DNA of 58,570 bases. Origin: Girardia tigrina. Its lineage: Eukaryota. Every line of letters begins with the position of its first letter. Within the stretch, counting starts at the first letter, position 1. The translations under genes and the position numbers were made by a program. Below are positions 50,401-58,570 of the stretch, piece after piece. The stretch is taken from the NCBI GenBank assembly GCA_001938485.1, contig MQRK01172106.1, positions 1 to 58,570 on the forward strand. The letters are read 5' to 3'. A model generated the notes under the pieces. That model saw only the letters and a program-made list of their open reading frames with translations, did no database searches and was not told the origin of the DNA.

Positions 50401-53400
50401 ATATTGGTATAAAAGAAAATTTGAAAATAAAAGTTTTTACGAAGAATTATTGAATATTCAACAAAATAACCTACAAAAACTGAATATTGCCTTGAAATTT
50501 TACTACCTTTTTCAGTCCCTTCACTAAAAATGAATTATAAAATTATTAATTTATTATCTTATTAAATTATTATTCTAAATATTATATGATTTTCTTCAAC
50601 TTACGCTTTCACTAAAGAACAATCTTTTATAATATTCGTTACGACAGTGTAAAAACTGCAATGAATAAAATTAAATGATATTTGCTTTTCCTACATTTTA
50701 CAATGGTTCAAAGTTTCCGGAAATGGACGATATTTCTGTTTTAACAGAGCAAATACATGTTTTATTACTTACTTTATCATTTTCAACGAGTAGTTTCTTC
50801 AATAAACGCATTAATTTGTACGTTTTATTACTTAATTATAAGCATGAAAAAATAAAGAATCTTATAAAATATTTATGTGACATATTTGAATTTTTATTAT
50901 TTTGTGTTATTATCATTTAAAATGAATAATCCCGATTTTGCATCAATTTGCTTTTAAAATGTAAATATGAACATCTTCTGAACCAGGAGCATCAATTAAG
51001 TTTTTAGGAGTCAAATGTATGGCGAATGTATAGTGCAACAACTATTTTAAAAGAATTAAAATGTGAATACAAAACTTTAAAATGAAGACAACTAGAAATA
51101 GATGTGGAATCTAACATAACATTGATTAAAGAAATTTGTTTTATTATTAATTAGAAAATATAATGGAGAGCATTTTAACGTTTAAAGACTTTTGAATAAT
51201 CAGAAAATAGACAACTCCATAATGGTTTAAACGGTAAAAAAACAGTGATATGATCAATTTTATACCTCAGTATTTGAAAATAATTCGACAGTAAATTAAA
51301 ATATATGTTGTAGTGACCTACAGTCGCTAAAATATTTTTATATTTATAAAACTAAATTTGTATATATAAAAATATAATTATTATTTATTATCGCTTCATT
51401 TCTTTTTTCCCAATTATAATCCAATTACGATCACAATCCAAATCCAAATCTGAATTCGTCGAATTCCATCCTCACTCGTCATCCGCCATCATCAACCACA
51501 ACAATTCCCAATGTCAAGCACAATCCCAATTAATTGCACGAAATCCAACAATCGTTTTTAACTAAAAAAACTCTCTTGAGATCGATCAACAATTCCAATT
51601 GTAATACGGTATTATTCGACCGCCGCGTCTTCTGTCAATTTCACTGACGATCAGAGCAATCATATCGTCAATAATTACTCGAATAACAACTTGAATTGTC
51701 AGAATTTTATTTCAATTTTATTTATGTTAGTTATTTATATTTTTTATAACGTAGTTAAATTAAAAGTCATTTTTTTTAATATTTTTATTTATTTATATCT
51801 TTTGATAGAGTTCACTGAAACATTCGTTTCAGTTAGCTCTTTTACATATGATAATTTTGATTGCGTTATAAATGTATATTAATTGTAGTTATAAAAGAGG
51901 GTTTAAGTAATTAAATTAGAAAGGGTTATTTCTAATTACGTTTCTAATCTCGTAGTATTGAATTCCACCTTTATCGAAGAGAAGTTTCTATTTAATGAAA
52001 GAATTTCAGAACTGGATCCTGATATTTCGACATATAATTAATTAATTATTTGTTTTTATTCAGTACAAAATTTATTAACCTTAAGACAACACGGGTGGCA
52101 AAATTTACAGCTTTCTGTTGTACACATATGCACATTATTATAAACAAAACTGAAAATATGTAAACGATAATCTTGATTTTGTTATAAATGTATAATTCAC
52201 TATAGTTAAACCAAAGAGTTTGAGTATTTGAACTAATAGGGATTATTGTGTCTCTTTCCATGAACTTTTCTTATCTCGTACCATCAGATTTCACCTTCAC
52301 CGTAGGAGAGTTTATATTCAATAAAAGATTTTAGGAACTAGATCCTTAGGTTTCCAAGTACAAATAGACTCTTAATGACCCTGGGAATTCAGTTATTAGA
52401 AGACTTATTGGTTGAAACAAAAGCCAGATTTGATGTAAATCAAAAAATTATTATTTTATTAGTAACCATTGAAATCTTTTGTAGGAAGAAAATTTTCATA
52501 TAAATTTTTTTTAAAAATCTATTTTGCAATTAAATAATTACTAATAACATAATAAATTTATTAAAAAATGAAATTTTAATTTTCCTTTCTACAAAAGATA
52601 ACAAAAAAAATGTTAGCCAAATAGAGTTCTGTCCGCATAAAGCATGAATATAAAAAATAATTTTGATTTACTAGTTTGATCAAATTTTTATATAATCAAT
52701 TATTGTCATTTAAAATGACAAAATATGCAAAGTTTTGAGAAAATTGATTCAGTAAAAAGCCTTCAAAAATAAGTTTCTAAATTTAACTGAAGAAGTTTCT
52801 TGTATATGTCTTAAAACTGAATTTGACAATATTTGATTTGAAAAATTTGTTCAATTCATGAGTTTTCCTAGTCTTAATTCTAAATTCTTTGACGACATCC
52901 TTCTTAATAATCATTTTATCCTCTTTGGTGATAGTTGTCAACCTGGTCTCTTATTAATAAAGGTTTGATTTGATTTATACTTCATATTATTTACATTTTT
53001 GGTAATTGAACATAATTGATAAAAACTGAAATTATACCTCTCCAGCACAAAAAAACTGAAATTAAAATATTCGATATTTTCTTATTAAAAAAATGTTATT
53101 TTCAACCAAATTCAATTAGTAATTAAAAAAATAATTGTTTTAACAACAAATATAGTTGCAAATTTATTAATTAAAATATTAAATAGTATCGACTTTTTCG
53201 ATAAGTGGAAAAGAAATTCGTTGAAGAATTCTGGCAGAATGTAAGACAAATATGTGATGGTAATAAAAAGAAATTATTAAATTTAATATAAATAAAGATT
53301 GAAATAATTTTTTTTCTCAAACGATGTATATTTTTTCCAGCTTCAGAGATAAATGAGATAAGATTTTATCAATTTTAAATCCGAAATTCTAACTTTTAAA

Positions 53401-54031
53401 ATATGAATATTTTGAATAATTTACCTGTTATTCGTTTTAATAAAATGATTTTAATAAAATGACTCATTCTAGATCAAAAAAAATAATTAATTAAAAATAA
53501 ATTTAATATTATTATTAAAATATACAATTCTGAGATTATAATATTTAATTTGCAGATTTTTCAATTGGAAATGAAACTCAAAATTAATTTTTATAAGTTA
53601 AAAACTTCTTAAATTATGGTACTTCGGTAGAAAACGAAATAGACCTTTACCTTTTAGGTCAAACTTTTAAATTAATATCAGCACTCATCTATCACAATAA
53701 AACAATTAATAAATAAATTGAAAAAAATCTGAAAAAAATAAATCCTTTCTATTGAAAAAAATTTAAATTTAAATAAATACTACAAACAAATATTAACTGA
53801 TACACTGCCTAAGCAAATAACGGAAAGAAATGGTCTTTTGAGGATCAAAGCTAAAGAAAATTATATAAGGGTTTGTTAAGAAACGCTTTGGTAACTAACG
53901 TTTGCTATCATGGGGTTTAAAGAATGGGACGTTATCGTAAGAATCGATGTAATAAATGCTGGTTGAGATTACCATAGGGTTGACTTGGAATTATTTGATA
54001 ATTGTTCAAAATAAAATATCTGATGATGATA

Positions 54032-55295
54032 AGGACTGAGTGCAAATATTACTAACTTTAAATCTCTATAACTCCAACATAAATTCACAAATTACATAAA
54101 ACTAATCAAGTAGGCCGTTGTTTGAATAAATCAAAATAAAATTCATTTTTAAATTTCATTTTTCATGAATATGTCGCCAGAAACAGGAAATCGCTAATTA
54201 ATTATTCGTTTATTTCAAGAAAATCCACAATTAAGTCCGAAAACAATTGCCAGAGAGGTAAAGGTTTGTCAGAAAACAGTTTCTAACGTTATTAAAAACT
54301 TCAATGATAACTTGAACGTTTTTAGAAAATTGGTTGAAGAAAGGGTTTTTCGTGTACACCGAATGTGAAGAAAGTAAAGGCTCTGTTAGAGAGACATCCT
54401 CGTCTATCAAATCGAAAACTGGCGCTAAAGGCAAATTGTAGTGAAAAAACTGTTCGGAAAATTAACCAATCTGTGGGTTTAGAAACGTATAAAGTTCAAA
54501 CAGTACCAGACTGGAATGCTAACAAGAACGTAAAGGCGCAGCAGCGATCCAGAAAGTTGAAATCTGGTTTTCTTGCAAATAAAAAATGTTGCATTATAGA
54601 TGTTGAGATTTATGTGCTCTGCGAGTTTTTCCAGCAACCCGGAAAATAATTTTACTCTGCAACTAAAAGAGGAGTTGAAGAAAAATTTAGAAGCAAGAAA
54701 AAATCTAAGTTTCCCAAAAAAATTCTTGTTTGGCAGTCTACATGTGGATGCGAGAAAAGGAGTAAATGCTTTGTCACATCTGGCACAATAAACACAGAAG
54801 TCTATGTGAAGGATTGCTTGCAAAAGCGTTTATTACCATTCATAAGTCAGCACGGAGGTCTTACTTTCTTTTGGCCGGATTTGGCATCGTGACACTATGG
54901 TAAGGCAGTCAATAAGTGGTACGAAGACAATAACGTCGATTTGGTGCGAAGAGAGGCAAACTCACCAAATTGTCCAGAGCTTCGCTCATTCTAAAGATAT
55001 TGGGCCTTGGTAAAAAAGCAATTAAAGAAGACAAAACAAAAGGGCACAGACAATTTGAGATTTTGGAAACAAGCGGAATTATGCAGCCAACAACGTGATA
55101 GAAACTATAATTGCAAGTCTAATGGCAGGCATTCGCTCACAGAATTTATTAAAAAAAATAAATAATCTTTGTTAGCTTACTAAAATTATTTTGAATTAAA
55201 CACATTTTTCAAAACAGTCGGTATTTTTTCATTCAAAAATATGGTTTTGAAGATAGAGAATTTTAAAGTTAGTAATATTTTTCGTACTCAGTCTT
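54032..55295 (+). mobile_element. Full-length but decayed DD37E (ITm superfamily) transposon
   Basis: TIRs AGGACTGAGT..AATATTACTAACTTTAAA and TTTAAAGTTAGTAATATT..ACTCAGTCTT with TA on both flanks; WPDLAS...NSPNCPELRSF*RYW, with 37 residues between the second D and the E position (now TAA). Confidence 0.88.
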
Positions 55296-58269
55296 TAACT
55301 TCTACAAAGTTTAAAATTTTTTTAACTTTGCCTTTCAGATTTTTTACCTAAAATTATTTATTTAATTAATTATTTAATTATTTAACCCGGTGAATGCCAC
55401 ATAGCAAAGTCGTTTGAATTAAGTAAGAAACTGAATAAAAATTGAATAAGTAAGAAACTTATGTTGAAATGAAGATGAAGATTTAGATGTTTATGATATT
55501 GTTGGTAATTTAATTTGCTTTTATGGATCAGAAGAGTTCCACAACTACTATTATAATTTTTTCCTAAAGATTTTGATCCAAAAAATAAGTTTCTTACCTA
55601 TCTTAAAATGTATTATTTATTTCTTTATTTTACTTAACTGACAGATTGCCCACTTTATGTATCAAATAATTTAAATCAGTTTTTAAGGAATAAGTCTATC
55701 GAACAAATAACCTTTATTTGGCCTGCATTTGGTTGGACTGGGGCCTGTAGGGTTTAAAAATGATATTTATTCGTCGGTAATGAAAGTGTGACATGAAATT
55801 AAATGTGAATATCCCCGCCCGACCTAGACTATCTCAATTCCAAACCTCTATCCATTTGATTCAATTTGTGACCCTTAAATGAAATAGAGAAGTATTCCTC
55901 TCCAACATTTATTCTCTCCTCAGAAAGTAAGACTTATTTAATTTCTCGTTCTCAAGACCACTCAGTTGTCTTTTTCAATTAATAAATTTAATAACATTAC
56001 TTTATAATTTTTTTCTATTTTCTTAAACTAAAATAAAAATTGAAAAAAAAATGATGTCGTATACTGAAATGAAGCATAATTTGTCTGTAAAATATTTAAT
56101 TATTGATGAAGAATTTTTTATTTCTAGTATATTTTTTTGAGAGATAATATGAAAATTTGATATTAAATTTCAATTAAATTTTAAGGTAAAATTATTTGAA
56201 TAATTTACACAAAAGGATTTTATTATTCAAAATTTATTTGCTTCCAGGGAGAAATATTCCTGTTATTTTAAGTATAATAAACGTAAAAAAATATGATAAA
56301 AATATTGATATTAATTTATGAATTATATTTGATTCGAACAAAACAAATTACATTCAGTATCATTATATTTTCGGTAGTTAATTATATCCCATATGTTTGC
56401 GGATTTAGCAAATTACTTTAGATATAATAAAAAACAGATTTTCAATCTCCCTCACTCTTCTCCCCATTCCAAAGGCAGTCTAACTTGAGAGCTGGATTAG
56501 GTGGCGATAAGGAAACAGTATTTTCGAAATTAAATTAAATATTTTCATAAGACTTTGCAGAAATAAACGCAAATAACACTAAAATCGAAATTATTCTAGA
56601 TTATCAACGCGCATTTACACGTAAAGCATCAGATATACTCGATCTTTCCAAAAAAGAAGCGGTATTCGCCATTAAAAATAATTGTAGAAACTCAGAAGAT
56701 AAAAAAACTTTTGAAGATAGATAAATTGAAATTACAGTAAGAAATCGTCACATTGACTTATGTTGGATTTAAAATATAACATAAAAACAAAACTTTCTTG
56801 AAGTTCGATACAAATTGAAAGCTTTCCTCAATTATATACGCTTTGCCTTTCGATTTTTAACATTAACGTTATTAACAACATCAATATGATTTTTTAAACA
56901 TTCATTAACATCACAAGTAGATTTGTCATGACAACAATGATTTAAACCGCCTGCACTATTTGACATTTTTTCTTTATCAATATATTTCTTAATTCATACT
57001 ATTTTTTTCAATAAATGAAAAACATTTAATAAAAATTATTAATTATAAAGATTCTAATTGGTTAAAATTAAATCTAAACATTTTATAAAAAGTATATATT
57101 AAATTAATATATTAAAATTATAAATCACATTAAAAATTAAATATTACATTCAAAAATTATTTTAAATCTTTTTACTTTAAAATTAAATTAAATTATTTTA
57201 AATTATCAAAGAAAATACTACTTATCCATCTGGGTAGGAGAGAGAGGTGTATAAGATCATTATTTTATACACCTCAAAATAATGAAATGTAAGTTTTCAC
57301 TCAGAAAGATGACTAGTTAAGGGAGTTCTGAGGGAGATCCACAAGACCTTATTAAGTCGAAATTTGCTTAGTATATACAAGTCCTGGTTAAAAGAAAAAT
57401 AATATGTATTACAAAATAGAATTAGGAAATATATTTTAAATTTTTGATAAAAGAAAAAATCGACAAAAAATAAGACAACAGTAAAAAGTAAATATTGAGT
57501 AGAGAATCTGCAAACATCGCTCATCCTCGCTCAATGATGACTTTTAATAATCTCCATTGTAAGTCTTCACTGCTTACAAATAACAGACACAAATATATCA
57601 AAATAAAGTCTGAAATTTTTTCTTCAAAGGAAGTTAAAAGAAAATAAAAGAATATATAAATGAAACAAAAAAAGCAAATTTATTAATTGTTGTATAAAAA
57701 ACTATGAGGACACATGTAAATAAGAAATACAAAATAAATGTTTTGAAATTGTCACATAATTATGAAACATCATTAAAACCTTAGTAAAGTGTACACGATC
57801 TCGTAAGAACTCAAGAATTTTCATGATTATTATTATCAGATTTGTAGTCTAGAATAATGCTAAAATATAGTAATAGTTTATAGAGGTGAAATAATTCCTA
57901 AATTTTAATGTATGAATCAGATTTTAAAATTTTTTTCAGAAAAAATAAAACTAAAACCAATTAAGGCTAATTCTTCTTCTGAAATCTTTATTCAAGAGTC
58001 AATACCACTTGAAGTCATCTTACGAATGATAATCTGTTTTTAATTAGATGATAAATATTTTTTTAATTTAATTTTAATTTTATTTTTATAAATTTTTAAA
58101 TTTTCGTATTTTTAAAACATTTTTAATGTACAATTTATTTTAAATATATTTTAGTAAGTAACGATACAATCTTTCTTCGATCTAAGATAATTAATTAATA
58201 TCTTGAGATTTCTGAACACTATTTATTAACAAATAATGTAATTTTTAACTATATTTTTATTTTCAAAAA

Positions 58270-58310
58270 ATGTTATTAATTTCGACGGATCACCCGTCAT
58301 CGTCAGACAA
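58270..58310 (-). ncRNA. Minimal type I hammerhead ribozyme
   Basis: Minus strand TGT-CTGACGA-TGACGG-GTGAT-CCGTC-GAAA-TTAATA-ACA: core, stem II, palindromic stem III and TGT/ACA stem I. Confidence 0.72.
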
Positions 58311-58347
58311 AACAAATAATGATCAAAACAACGTATCGTAGCACGTT

Positions 58348-58450
58348 AAAACGTCGAAAAAAAACGTCGAAAAAAAAAACGTCGAAAAAAAAACGTCGAA
58401 AAAAAAACGTCGAAAAAAAAAACGTCGAAAAAAAACATCGAAAAAAAATA
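58348..58450. repeat. Tandem repeat (A7-10 CGTCG)n, ~7 units
   Basis: Direct observation. Confidence 0.9.
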
Positions 58451-58570
58451 AATCTTAAAAAAATAAACATCCGAAATAAAAAAACAAAAAATGGTTTTGT
58501 TTTAAAATATAACAAAATTAACACATTTAAAAAGTAGGGGAAAAATGGGGCTTCTCCCCACATGACCCCC

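Noticed and set aside
47360-52782. Single 5.4-kb TIR element capturing intronic sequence
   Set aside because: A third partial copy in direct orientation (47905-47975) suggests independent MITE fragments; no TSD could be identified.
58348-58450. CRISPR-like array
   Set aside because: A simple tandem repeat with no unique spacers and no cas genes, in a eukaryotic context.
58303-58563. Lys-rich and Phe-rich ORFs
   Set aside because: Translations of the A-run/CGTCG tandem repeat.

Overview
AT-rich eukaryotic (metazoan) genomic scaffold with two N-gaps. Short GT-AG introns and the transposon spectrum would fit a planarian-like invertebrate, but the taxon cannot be established from sequence alone. 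The only host gene I can support is the 3' part of a minus-strand gene. Its last three exons (47148-46879, 31207-30949, 30891-30345) splice in frame into a ~357-aa Pro/Ser/acidic tail with two FPPPP (Ena/VASP-type) motifs, resembling a Robo-type receptor tail. Most of the rest is decayed mobile DNA: Gypsy gag/pol, several mariner/Tc1 copies (one DD37E, one with an intron), pogo-like and piggyBac-like MITEs, hAT, RTE-like LINEs, Helitron/Helentron-like elements, and Penelope-like GIY-YIG fragments with hammerhead ribozymes. The most unusual feature is a cluster at 7.6-15.1 kb of four divergent but related ~270-330 nt GC-rich islands, plus a fifth rod-like hairpin. They lack a shared ORF and fold extensively, with G-U wobbles favouring the + strand. 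They share short colinear motifs and upstream sequence, and one copy sits as an insertion inside a Helitron-like repeat. This looks like an unrecognised, possibly mobile family of structured non-coding RNA genes. All alignments and folds were done by eye.
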